A DNA stretch of 64,000 nt, from NCBI GenBank assembly GCA_964472465.1, contig CAYYLW010000002.1, positions 11,361-75,360 on the forward strand, given 5' to 3'. The number at the start of each line of letters is the position of its first letter. Position 1 is the first letter of the stretch. The stretch is from an uncultured Oscillospiraceae bacterium. GTDB taxonomy: Bacteria; Bacillota; Clostridia; Oscillospirales; Ruminococcaceae. The notes below the pieces were generated by a model. It worked only from the letters and a program-made list of their open reading frames with translations. It had not been told where the DNA came from and did no database searches. Shown here in pieces: positions 55,219 to 64,000 of this stretch. Position numbers and translations under genes: made by a program.

Positions 55219-56322
55219 CTAGGCGTCCAGCATTTCCTGGGCTTTGTCCTGCTCGTACTCGTTGGGCACTTCAACAGCGCCGCTCTTTACGTCTTCGTAG
55301 GCTTTTTCCACGGCTGCAATCACGTCCTCAGGCAGGGTGGATTTCACGGCTTCGTTCCACTGAATGTCCACACAGCCATTGGCAATGGTGAGGAACATGG
55401 GCTCCGCTTTCACGGTGCCAGCCATAATCTGTTTGGTGGCGTCCAGGTAACCCGCGCCGTAATCGCAGATGACGTTCATGATGACCTGCTCGGGGGCCAG
55501 GGAGATGAAGTCGCCCAGGCAGCCGATGGTGTACACGCCCTCGCTTTCGCTTACGGCTTTCATGGCACCAGCTTGGCCTTCGTTGGAGTTCGAGAGAATC
55601 TGGTCGGCACCGCTCTTGATTTGGTTGAGGGTGGTCTCGTAGCACTCGTTGGCATCGGGGCTGCTCAGAACGGCGGTCATCACTTCGATATCGGGGTTCA
55701 CGCTTTTGGCGCCCAGGGCCCAGCCGGTGGTGGTTTTGGTGTAGGCGGGGAAATCGCCACCCAGGGTGATGCCGATTTTGTTGGTCTCGGTCATCATGCC
55801 GGAAGCAACACCGGCCACATAGGTGCCCTCTTCGGCGCACATGATTACCGGGAAGAGGTTGTCGCGGATTTCGGTGCCACCAAAGGTGACGAACCAGGTA
55901 TCGGGGTAGTCTTCACAGATTTCGGCAAGCGGGGCGGAGCACTGGCCACCGTGGCCATACACGATGTCATAGCCGTCGTCGGCCATGGTCTCGCCTTCTT
56001 GCTTGATCTCTTCGGCGCTGGCGGCTTCCACCACAGAAACGGTGTAGCCAAAGGTCGATTCAATCTTTTTGCCAGCCTCGGCGGCCTGCTGGCTGAAGCC
56101 GCCATCGGTGGGGCTGCCGGGAATCAGGATACCAATTTTTACGTCTTTGGCGTCTTTGGCGCCACTGTCTGCGGCGGCGCTGCCGGCGGCAGAAGAAGCG
56201 GCAGGGGCGGTGCTGCCACTAGCGGCAGGAGCGGCGCTGCTGCTGGTGCTGCCACCACAGGCGGCCAGGCTGACGACCAACAGGGCAGCCAGGGCAAAGG
56301 AAAGTAGCTTTTTCATGTTCAT
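55219..56322 (-). CDS. BMP family ABC transporter substrate-binding lipoprotein (paralog 2)
   Basis: Lipobox SLAACG and Bmp/PnrA-like domain. Confidence 0.85.
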   Translation of the reverse strand: MNMKKLLSFALAALLVVSLAACGGSTSSSAAPAASGSTAPAASSAAGSAAADSGAKDAKDVKIGILIPGSPTDGGFSQQAAEAGKKIESTFGYTVSVVEAASAEEIKQEGETMADDGYDIVYGHGGQCSAPLAEICEDYPDTWFVTFGGTEIRDNLFPVIMCAEEGTYVAGVASGMMTETNKIGITLGGDFPAYTKTTTGWALGAKSVNPDIEVMTAVLSSPDANECYETTLNQIKSGADQILSNSNEGQAGAMKAVSESEGVYTIGCLGDFISLAPEQVIMNVICDYGAGYLDATKQIMAGTVKAEPMFLTIANGCVDIQWNEAVKSTLPEDVIAAVEKAYEDVKSGAVEVPNEYEQDKAQEMLDA

Positions 56323-56419
56323 TCAAATATCCTCCTAAAAATGTGGGCTTTCGTATGGAACTATCCGCACCAAAGCACCGGCCCCGGCGCCTTGGAACGC
56401 AACAAAGGAAAGTGTGGGA

Positions 56420-57346
56420 CTAGGCCTTGATGTAGGGCTGGCCTTTGGCGCTGGCATCGATGGCCTTTTGCTTGCAGGCGGCAATAACGGCCAGCACAGT
56501 GATGATATAAGGCACCATGAGAATGAGGTTGTTGGGTATGCCCAGCCCCAGGTTTTGCAGGGTCATCTGCAGGGCGTTGGCGCCGCCGAAAATCAAAGCG
56601 CCAATCAGTACGCCTTCCGCCTTCCACTTGCCCAGTACCACCACGGCCATGGCAATATAACCTTTGCCGCCGGTCATGTCCACATTGAAACCGTTGGATT
56701 GCGCAATGGCCAGATAGCTGCCGGCCATGCCCATCATGAGACCGCTGAACATGGTGGCCAGGTAGCGTGTGGTGAACACGTTGATGCCCAGGCTATCGGC
56801 CGCTTTGGGATGTTCGCCCACGGCGATGATGCGGGTGCCGATGGAGGTACGGTTCATGAGGAACCAAATGGCGGGTACCATCAAAAGTCCGATATACACG
56901 ATGATGTTGTGGTTGAACAGCATCTCGCCCAGCACGGGAATTTGGGACAGGCCGGGGATGGGCATCTGCTGGAAGGTTTCCACCTGGGTACCGCCGGTGG
57001 AAGCATCGAAGAAAAGTTTGCGGAACAGCACGGCGGTCATGCCCGAGCCAAACATGTTGATGGCACAGCCCACCACCACCTGCGGGGCGCGGAAGTGGAT
57101 GGAGACCACCGCGAAGAGGGCCGAGACAACCACACCGGCGGCCATGCCGCCCAAAAGGCCCAGCCAGTAGTTCCCACCGGTGTAATAGGTGACGACGAAC
57201 GAAACGAACGCGCCCGAGAGCATGGTGCCCTCCACACCGATATTGATGATGCCGGCACGCTCAGAAACCAGCAGGCCCAGCGCGGCAATCAAAAGAGGGG
57301 TGGCCATACGAATGGCCGAAGCGAGGAAGAAAGCCAATAAGTCCAT
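56420..57346 (-). CDS. BMP-family ABC transporter permease
   Basis: Multi-TM YufQ/NupQ-like protein. Confidence 0.85.
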   Translation of the reverse strand: MDLLAFFLASAIRMATPLLIAALGLLVSERAGIINIGVEGTMLSGAFVSFVVTYYTGGNYWLGLLGGMAAGVVVSALFAVVSIHFRAPQVVVGCAINMFGSGMTAVLFRKLFFDASTGGTQVETFQQMPIPGLSQIPVLGEMLFNHNIIVYIGLLMVPAIWFLMNRTSIGTRIIAVGEHPKAADSLGINVFTTRYLATMFSGLMMGMAGSYLAIAQSNGFNVDMTGGKGYIAMAVVVLGKWKAEGVLIGALIFGGANALQMTLQNLGLGIPNNLILMVPYIITVLAVIAACKQKAIDASAKGQPYIKA

Positions 57347-57349
57347 ACT

Positions 57350-58423
57350 CTAGGCCTCCTTTCCGGCGGCGGTTTTCTTTTCCGCCTTGCGTTTGGGCAG
57401 CCCACGGTTCACCGCTGCCACGGCCACAAAGATGATGATGATGCTTTGCACAATGTCTGCGAAAGAGGAGGACAAACCCAGGTTCCGCTGCATGGCGGCA
57501 GAACCGGTGCGCAAGAAGCCGAAGAGCAGGGCGCTGAAAACAACGCCAATGGGGTTGTTGCCAGCCAGGATGGATACCGCAATGGCGGTATAGCCGTATC
57601 CTGGGGAGATGCGCTCAAACAGGTAGTGGGAACTACCCGAGAGCTCGAATGCACCGCCCATGCCAGCCAGAGCGCCCGAGATGAGCATGGAGAAAATGGT
57701 GGTGCGGGTGACGCTGATACCTGCGTATTTGGAGGCGGTGCTGTTGTAGCCCACCGCACGTAGTTCAAAACCAAAGGAACTCTTAAATAGAATAATAAAA
57801 ACGACGATGGCCACCAGCACGCCCACCAGGAAGCCGGGGTGGGATTTGGTGCCGGGCAGCAGGTAGGGAAGGAAGCCCTGCTCTGCGATGGCGTAGCTTT
57901 GGGGCTCGGCTTGGGCACGGTCACGCAAGGGGCCGCGAACCAGGAAACCCACCAACTGCAAGGCGATATAGCTGAACATGATGGTGGTGATGATTTCCGA
58001 GATGCCACTTTTGGCTTTGAGATAGCCCGGGATGAGGGCCCAGGCCGCACCGGCCAGCGCGCCACCCACTATCATCAGTACCATTAGCAGGGGGCCGGGC
58101 AGGCTGGTGAAGGTGATGCCCACCCAGGTGGCCGCGGTGGCGCCCAGCAGGAACTGGCCTTCGGCGCCGATGTTGAAGGTGCTACCGCGGTAAGCCACGG
58201 CCACGGCGATACCGGTGAAGAGCAAGGGGCTGGCGTTGTTCAGCAGGTTGCCGAATGAACGCATGTTTTTGAAGGAGGCTTCCCACATAGAGCCGAAGGC
58301 CTCCACGGGGCTGTAGCCGAAGGCGGCCAGCAGCAGGGCGCTTACGGCCACCGCGCCCAGTATGGCCAGGAAGGGCCGTAGGATGGAGGAGAGAATGCCT
58401 TTGATACTCAATTGACTGATCAT
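57350..58423 (-). CDS. BMP-family ABC transporter permease
   Basis: Multi-TM YufP/NupP-like protein. Confidence 0.85.
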   Translation of the reverse strand: MISQLSIKGILSSILRPFLAILGAVAVSALLLAAFGYSPVEAFGSMWEASFKNMRSFGNLLNNASPLLFTGIAVAVAYRGSTFNIGAEGQFLLGATAATWVGITFTSLPGPLLMVLMIVGGALAGAAWALIPGYLKAKSGISEIITTIMFSYIALQLVGFLVRGPLRDRAQAEPQSYAIAEQGFLPYLLPGTKSHPGFLVGVLVAIVVFIILFKSSFGFELRAVGYNSTASKYAGISVTRTTIFSMLISGALAGMGGAFELSGSSHYLFERISPGYGYTAIAVSILAGNNPIGVVFSALLFGFLRTGSAAMQRNLGLSSSFADIVQSIIIIFVAVAAVNRGLPKRKAEKKTAAGKEA

Positions 58424-59943
58424 GCGCCCACCCCTCCGTCTTTCTCCTGTTCCCGCCCGGCCATCATCAGGCCAATTTCGGCAATGGGGACATCGTAGCT
58501 CACTTCGCCCATAAAGCGCCCGCCGTGCATGACCAAGATGCGGTCACTCAGTGAGAGAATCTCGTCTAAGTCGGTGGAGATGAGCAGTACGGCGGTGCCT
58601 TTTTCGCGCTCCTCCACCAGCTTTTGCCGCACAAACTCAATGGCGCCAATGTCCAGGCCACGGGTGGGCTGGATGGCCAGCATCACATTGGGGTTGCGGT
58701 CTACCTCGCGGGCCAAAATCACCTTTTGCTGGTTGCCGCCGGAAAGGCTGCCCGCCGGGTAGTTGATATCGGCTGGGCGTACGTCAAACTCGCTAACCAG
58801 TTCGGCGGCATGGCTTTCGATTTTCTGGGTGTTGAGGAAATGGAAGTTGGAGTATTGCTCGCTGTGCTGGTTGCTCAGCACAAAATTGTCTTTCACGGGG
58901 TATTGCAGCACCAGGCCTTTTTTGTGGCGGTCGTCCGGGATATGGGCCAGGCCGTGGTCCAGGTGGTGGCGGATGCTTTTCTTGGTCATGGTTTCGCCGC
59001 CAAGCAGAACGTCGCCGCTCTCTATCTTGCGCCCGCCCACAATGGCCTCGCCCAGCTCTAGCTGGCCGTTGCCGTCAACGCCGGCAATGCCCACAATCTC
59101 GCCAGAACGCACCGAGAAGGAAAGTTTCTTCACGGCCTCCAGGCCTTTGTCGTTCTTCACACAAAGCTCCCGCACGTCCAGGCGTACCTCGCCGGGTTCT
59201 TTGGGCTGGATGTGGCGGTCCAGGGAGACGTCGCGGCCCACCATCATGCGGGCCAACTGATCTTTATCGGTCTCCTTTACATCCACAGAGTCCACCACCT
59301 CACCCAGGCGCATAACAGTAACGCGATCGGTGTATTCAAGCACCTCGCTCATTTTATGGGTGATTAAGATGATGGAGTAGCCCTCTTTTGCCAGGGCTTT
59401 GATGGAGGCGAACAGCTCCTCCACCTCTTTTGGGGTGAGCACAGCGGTGGGTTCGTCCAAAATCAAAATTTTGGCTTGGCGCATCAGCACCTTTACAATT
59501 TCCACCTTTTGCTGCACGCCAACGGGCAACTGCCAAATCAAAGCGGTGGGGTCGATATTGAAACCAAAGCGGTTGCTCATATCGGCCACACGGCCATTCA
59601 GCACCTTCATGTGGTGTACCACACCGGCTTCTTTCATGCCCAAAAATACGTTTTGGGTAACCGTGAGCTGGGGGATGAGCATGAAGTGCTGGTGCACCAT
59701 GCCAATGCCCTTGGAAATGGCCACACTGGGGCTTTCCATCTTCACTTCTTCCCCACAGATATGGATGGTGCCCTCATCGTGCCCATATAGGCCGTACAGG
59801 ATGTTCATCAAGGTGGATTTGCCTGCCCCGTTTTCACCCAGCAAGGCATGGATTTCCCCCTCCTTCAGGGTGAAATCCACCTTTTTGTTGGCGCAGAAGC
59901 TCCCAAAATATTTGTAAATTCCGCGCATTTCAACCACGTTCAT
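58420..59943 (-). CDS. ABC transporter ATP-binding protein (tandem ATPase domains)
   Basis: Walker A GENGAGKST and signature LSGGNQQK. 4-nt overlap with the permease gene. Confidence 0.9.
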   Translation of the reverse strand: MNVVEMRGIYKYFGSFCANKKVDFTLKEGEIHALLGENGAGKSTLMNILYGLYGHDEGTIHICGEEVKMESPSVAISKGIGMVHQHFMLIPQLTVTQNVFLGMKEAGVVHHMKVLNGRVADMSNRFGFNIDPTALIWQLPVGVQQKVEIVKVLMRQAKILILDEPTAVLTPKEVEELFASIKALAKEGYSIILITHKMSEVLEYTDRVTVMRLGEVVDSVDVKETDKDQLARMMVGRDVSLDRHIQPKEPGEVRLDVRELCVKNDKGLEAVKKLSFSVRSGEIVGIAGVDGNGQLELGEAIVGGRKIESGDVLLGGETMTKKSIRHHLDHGLAHIPDDRHKKGLVLQYPVKDNFVLSNQHSEQYSNFHFLNTQKIESHAAELVSEFDVRPADINYPAGSLSGGNQQKVILAREVDRNPNVMLAIQPTRGLDIGAIEFVRQKLVEEREKGTAVLLISTDLDEILSLSDRILVMHGGRFMGEVSYDVPIAEIGLMMAGREQEKDGGVGA

Positions 59944-60408
59944 TTTCTGGCTCCTTTCAAGTAGATGGGTGGCGTTGCAGGGTAAACCCAGCGTGCAACC
60001 ATACCCGGAGAAAATGATAAACGTTTGGTATGGTTTTTATAGGCTTCTACAGGGCAAGAAACGGCCCCTTTGAAGAAAATCCATCTGCGTGAGCACATCA
60101 TAATTCTTTTATTTGAATCTATACTAAAAAAGCAAGAGGTACAAAATTGCTTTCAACACAAAACACCTTGTAGTACATAGGACTATTTAGATTTTAGCTT
60201 TTCTTCCTGTAAAGTCAATATGTTTTTCGGCATTTCATAAGATACGTATAATTTAGAGAAAAAATTTTGTGGTTATTGAACAATAAAAATGCACTATTTC
60301 CCGCAATATAATTTTACAACATCCCTTGCACTAGGTAATACAAAATGTTATGATTATGAAAACCATGCAGAAATCCCTCTCTTGTATCAATTATAAGGAA
60401 TGGTGACC

Positions 60409-61149
60409 ATGGAGCAATTGCACATTACGCGGATGGACAGTGAGGAACTTTCATATAGAACCAAAGTTGCCTTGCTGGATATTATCCGGGAAAACGGGAA
60501 AGACGGGGCCCCCTTCAAGCTGCCCAACGAGGACGAGCTTTCCCAGCGCCTAGGGGTGAGCCGAAATGTGCTGCGCGATGCACTGATGAGCCTGGAGGAG
60601 ATGGGTGTGGTAACCCGCCGCCGCAGCAAGGGCACCATTGCAAACCCCAAAATAGCCACGGCGGTTTGCCGCCTGGACACAAACCCGGAACTGTTCTGTG
60701 CCATCCGGGATTCTGGTTACGAGGCGCGGGTGGAGACCATCCGTTTGGGTTTTGTGTTCGAGCCGGACGCGGTGCTGGAAGGCGATGAGATGTATCTCAA
60801 TGTGGAGAAGCTTTTCTATGCCGATGACCTACCCGCCGCTTTTTGCGCCGACCATCTTTCGGGCCGTCTTACCGCGCAGGCGGGGGAAAATATTTTGGCC
60901 TTGCGGGATTTGAGCCATTATCATTTCTTGGAGACCTACTGTGGCACCTCATTGGCCTACACCATGGCCAATATTGATGCCACCCTGCCGCCCCCCTGGT
61001 TGGCCGAACTGATGCAACTGGAGCCGGGCGAGCCAGTGCTGGTGATGGATGATAGCGGCTATAACTATGACCATGAATTGGTGGTGCACTCAAACATCTA
61101 TTTCCGCCGCAATTTGTTGCACCCCAAGTTTTTACGAAAAAGCTGGTAA
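60409..61149 (+). CDS. GntR family (HutC/UTRA-type) transcriptional regulator
   Basis: Winged HTH LPNEDELSQRLGVSRNVLRDALMSLEEMGVV plus a UTRA-like C-terminal domain. The ATG at 60409 has better SD spacing than the one at 60400. Confidence 0.8.
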   Translation: MEQLHITRMDSEELSYRTKVALLDIIRENGKDGAPFKLPNEDELSQRLGVSRNVLRDALMSLEEMGVVTRRRSKGTIANPKIATAVCRLDTNPELFCAIRDSGYEARVETIRLGFVFEPDAVLEGDEMYLNVEKLFYADDLPAAFCADHLSGRLTAQAGENILALRDLSHYHFLETYCGTSLAYTMANIDATLPPPWLAELMQLEPGEPVLVMDDSGYNYDHELVVHSNIYFRRNLLHPKFLRKSW

Positions 61150-61152
61150 GGC

Positions 61153-61198
61153 GATAGAGAAAAAAGCCGCTGTGAAAACAGTGGCTTTTTTCTCTATC
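61153..61198. terminator. bidirectional terminator
   Basis: GATAGAGAAAAAAGCCGCTGT-GAAA-ACAGTGGCTTTTTTCTCTATC. Confidence 0.7.
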
Positions 61199-61210
61199 TA
61201 GGTGATGGGC

Positions 61211-61549
61211 CTAGCGGTATTCTTTTACCTTAAAGCGGCGGTCCTCGCCATGCCAGGCGCGCACAAACTCGCTATCCATGGCCTTGTGGGTCTCCTCTTT
61301 TTTTCCGGCCAGCCAGGCGGGGTCGATGGCTTTGAAGGCCTCTTCACTCTCCCAGAAATACAGGCTGGTCACCTCGCCGGGATGGTCGGCGCTCACCCAT
61401 ACTTCGCCCCCCAAAAAGCCGGGGGTGGCGGCAAGCCCTTCCAGCCAAATTTCTTCTTCCAGTTGCATATAGCGCTCGGTGTCTTCGGGTTTTACACGGA
61501 TGGTTAAGCCCTCTACGAACTGGGGTTTTGCAAATTTAGTGGTCTTCAT
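61211..61549 (-). CDS. ABM-like (TIGR03792-like) protein, paralog of 49653-50051
   Basis: 112 aa from the ATG at 61549 (AAGGAG 9 nt upstream). Shares the EVWV...GE...WES..AF pattern. Confidence 0.5.
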   Translation of the reverse strand: MKTTKFAKPQFVEGLTIRVKPEDTERYMQLEEEIWLEGLAATPGFLGGEVWVSADHPGEVTSLYFWESEEAFKAIDPAWLAGKKEETHKAMDSEFVRAWHGEDRRFKVKEYR

Positions 61550-61714
61550 AGATGGTATCTCCTTTTGGCAAACATAATCTTGCAATTGCATAATACCGCC
61601 AACGTAGGTTGGCGGTATGGGTGGTTTTTTTGCGCCGTTTTCACCCCTATGGCAAGCTGCGGCTGCTGGTGTTTGCCCAGGGGTGAAAGACGGGCGGGTC
61701 TGCCCGGCAAAAGT

Positions 61715-63112
61715 CTATTTTTTCTTGGCGGGCATACCGTGGATGGCACAGCCCAGCACTTCGCACAGGGCTTCTTCGAAGGCCTCACTAAGGGTGGGGT
61801 GCCCGTGCATGATGCCCGCGGCCTCTTCCACGGTGAACATCCCGCCCATGGCGGTGGCCGCTTCGGCCAGCAGGTCGCTGGCGTTGGGGCCCACGATGTG
61901 CACGCCCAGAATCTGCTGCTTATCGGCGCTGGCCAGCACCTTGACCATGCCTTCGGTATCGTGCATGGTGAGGGCCTTGCCGTTGCCGCTGAACTGGAAA
62001 CGGCCCACGGTGTAAGGGGTACCGGCGTCTTTCAGTTCCTCTTCGCTCTTGCCAATGGAGGCCACCTCTGGGAAGGTGAACACGGCGCTGGGGATGAGGT
62101 CATAATCCACGCTGGCGGGGTGCCCGGCCAGTTTTTCCACGCACACCTTGCCCTCTTCGCTGGCCACATGGGCCAGCATTACCCCACCAATCACGTCGCC
62201 AATGGCGTAGACGCCCGGCAGGCTGGTTTGGTAGTTTTCGTCCACCTGGATGCCGCCGCGGCCATGGGTGATGCCCACGGTATCCAGCCCCAGGCCCTCA
62301 ATGTCCAGTTGCCGCCCGGTGGATACCAGCACCTGCCCGCAGGGCAACTGGGTTTTTTCGCCGCTCTTGTCCGCGGTGACCATCAGCCCGGCGCCGGATT
62401 TCTCGATTTTTTCCACCTTGGTGGCCAGCAAAAAGCGGATGCCTTTGCTCTCGAGGCATTTTTGCAGCCGGTCGGTGATTTCTTTGTCGATGGCGGGGAT
62501 GATTTTGGGCATGAACTCCACCACCGTCACCTCGCTGCCGAAAGCCTGGTAGATGCCGGCAAACTCGATGCCGATGACCCCGCCGCCGATGATGACAATC
62601 TGTTTTGGAATTTCCGCCATCTCCAGGGCTTCTTTGCTGGTGATGACCCCGGGGCTATCGATGCCCGGAATGGGGGGCAGGGCGGCCTTGCTGCCCGAGG
62701 CGATGAGGATGTTTTTGCACGCATGTACCTTGGCGCCGTCTTTCCCTTGTACCTCCACCTTGCCTTGGCCCAGAATTTTGGCACTGCCGCGTAGCAGCTC
62801 CACCCCGTTGGCTTTCAGCAGAAACTCCACCCCGGTGGAGAGGGTCTTCACAACGTCCTCTTTTTCCTTGCGCAGCTTGTCTAGGTTCAGCCTAAAGCTG
62901 TCCACCTCAAAGCCGTAACTGGCGGCGTTTTGCAGATAATGCGCCACCTGGGCATCCTTAAACAGGGCCTTGGTGGGGATGCAGCCGTAATTTAGGCAGG
63001 TGCCGCCGAAGGCGTCTTTTTCTACAATGGCCACCTTCATACCCAGTTGGGCAGCGCGGATGGCGGCCACATAGCCCCCAGGCCCCGCGCCAATGACAAC
63101 CAAATCGGTCAT
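61715..63112 (-). CDS. lpdA: dihydrolipoyl dehydrogenase
   Basis: Blocks VIGAGPGGYVAA, redox disulfide GGTCLNYGCIPTK, and C-terminal HGHPTLSE. ATG at 63112 lies 8 nt after AGGAG. Confidence 0.9.
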   Translation of the reverse strand: MTDLVVIGAGPGGYVAAIRAAQLGMKVAIVEKDAFGGTCLNYGCIPTKALFKDAQVAHYLQNAASYGFEVDSFRLNLDKLRKEKEDVVKTLSTGVEFLLKANGVELLRGSAKILGQGKVEVQGKDGAKVHACKNILIASGSKAALPPIPGIDSPGVITSKEALEMAEIPKQIVIIGGGVIGIEFAGIYQAFGSEVTVVEFMPKIIPAIDKEITDRLQKCLESKGIRFLLATKVEKIEKSGAGLMVTADKSGEKTQLPCGQVLVSTGRQLDIEGLGLDTVGITHGRGGIQVDENYQTSLPGVYAIGDVIGGVMLAHVASEEGKVCVEKLAGHPASVDYDLIPSAVFTFPEVASIGKSEEELKDAGTPYTVGRFQFSGNGKALTMHDTEGMVKVLASADKQQILGVHIVGPNASDLLAEAATAMGGMFTVEEAAGIMHGHPTLSEAFEEALCEVLGCAIHGMPAKKK

Positions 63113-63136
63113 GGGAAACACTCCTTATGCTGTGTG

Positions 63137-64000
63137 CTAGTATTGGTAAGCCGTCAAATCGGCCGCGCAGGTGACCCCGTAGTGGAGTTTCTGGCGGGTG
63201 AAGAGGAAATTTTGGTGGTGGATGCCCACACTGAGAAGCTGGGAGTGGGGGTGATCCAGATAGCCGAAGGGCTGTGCATAGCCCGGCGTGGTGCCGCCGC
63301 CCACAAACACCATGGAATAGTTGATGAAATACTCGTCCAGCGCGCCCAGCCCCAGTAGATGGGTGCAGTAGGAGGGGGACTCCACACACACGCGCTCCAT
63401 ACCCAGCTTGCGCAGAATATACAGCAGCAGGGGGGTGTTGGGCTGGCTGCCCTCGCCCGTTACGATGACGGGGAACACGTCAAAATCCTGGTAGAGGGGG
63501 CCAAAATTGAAAGCGTCCACCTCTTCGCGGGTTTGGAAGGGCCCCCAGTAGAGGTGCTTGCGGGAGGAGTTCTTTTGCAGGTGTGCCATGCCGTTTGGCG
63601 AGGTGGCAATCACCATCTTGTACTGCTCGGCGGGGTCGATGTCGAAGGAGTAATGGTCCAGCGGGATATCGGTGCCGTCTAGCGAGAGCAGCACCACGGC
63701 GGGGTTACAGGCCTGGCCTAGGGCCTCTTTACGCTGGCGGGCCAGGTCTTGGTCATACACATGGCAGCTCACGCCCGGCTCGTTCGCCAGGGTACCCGCC
63801 CCCACCAGCACGCCATCGCTGAGGGCGCGCAGCAGATTCAGAACCCAGAAATCACCCAGGGAACCGGCGGGGTCCATAAAGTTGTTTTTGGCCACCAGGG
63901 GGCCGGCGGGGTTGTCCTGATAGGCCATTTTGCCATCGGAGCTGAGCACGATGGAGGAATAGGTGTAGGGGCGGTCCTCCGGGGGAGCGGGAAACTGCAC
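63137..64000 (-). CDS. RibD_C-like (dihydrofolate-reductase-fold) reductase domain protein, 5' end outside the window
   Basis: The pattern IVLSSDGKMAY...LRALSDGVLVGAGTL resembles the RibD C-terminal reductase domain. The ORF runs off the window edge. Confidence 0.45.
   Translation of the reverse strand: MQFPAPPEDRPYTYSSIVLSSDGKMAYQDNPAGPLVAKNNFMDPAGSLGDFWVLNLLRALSDGVLVGAGTLANEPGVSCHVYDQDLARQRKEALGQACNPAVVLLSLDGTDIPLDHYSFDIDPAEQYKMVIATSPNGMAHLQKNSSRKHLYWGPFQTREEVDAFNFGPLYQDFDVFPVIVTGEGSQPNTPLLLYILRKLGMERVCVESPSYCTHLLGLGALDEYFINYSMVFVGGGTTPGYAQPFGYLDHPHSQLLSVGIHHQNFLFTRQKLHYGVTCAADLTAYQY

Noticed and set aside
1-64000. Prophage, transposon or integrative element, and rRNA or tRNA genes
   Set aside because: I recognised no integrase, transposase or recombinase, no phage structural genes, no terminal inverted repeats, and no tRNA cloverleaf candidates. 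Only the about 1-kb AT-rich islet at 28.3-29.4 kb looks foreign.

Overview
64-kb chromosomal window from a high-GC, Gram-positive-type anaerobe. By inference it is Clostridia/Oscillospiraceae-like, based on strong GGAGG Shine-Dalgarno sites, a sortase and the anaerobic redox repertoire. Coding is dense. I saw no rRNA, tRNA, CRISPR array, transposase or integrase. Layout: (1) 0-18.2 kb is a LacI-controlled glycoside-utilisation locus. It holds a sugar ABC importer, an ADP-ribosylglycohydrolase-family protein, a ThuA / Gfo-Idh-MocA / TIM-barrel / Zn-ADH oxidative module, two phosphorylases (GH13_18 sucrose-phosphorylase-like and GH65), beta-phosphoglucomutase and a GH4 glycosidase. A URO-D-like gene and glycerate kinase are divergently transcribed. 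(2) 18.3-21.2 kb holds a frameshifted AraC regulator, a MATE exporter and a DUF2294-like gene. (3) 21.4-28.2 kb holds a BMP-family (nucleoside-type) ABC transporter and an adenine-deaminase-like amidohydrolase. (4) 28.3-29.5 kb is a small partly AT-rich islet that the ORF track does not explain. It contains two tandem 17-codon sORFs with perfect SD sites (peptides ending in WW), a consensus promoter driving a 54-aa membrane peptide, operator-like palindromes, and a short XRE gene with an in-frame TGA. (5) 29.5-45.2 kb is a PucR-centred supercluster. It contains M20 peptidase / C_GCAxxG_C_C / radical SAM, then Zn-ADH, an SSS symporter, a Mop-type aldehyde oxidoreductase, a fused FAD/Fe-S/CCG oxidoreductase, a Zn-ribbon protein, a methyltransferase and an AMP-ligase. 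This is an accessory gene set of unknown function and my best candidate for an undescribed system. (6) 45.2-49.6 kb holds sortase B, a 2-hydroxyacid dehydrogenase, RpiB, an EamA transporter and LplA. (7) 49.6-64 kb holds a second molybdo-hydroxylase lacking an FAD subunit, and a second BMP ABC transporter with tandemly duplicated binding proteins. Two of its genes carry a shared leader hairpin plus terminator. GntR, Lpd and a partial RibD_C-like gene follow.
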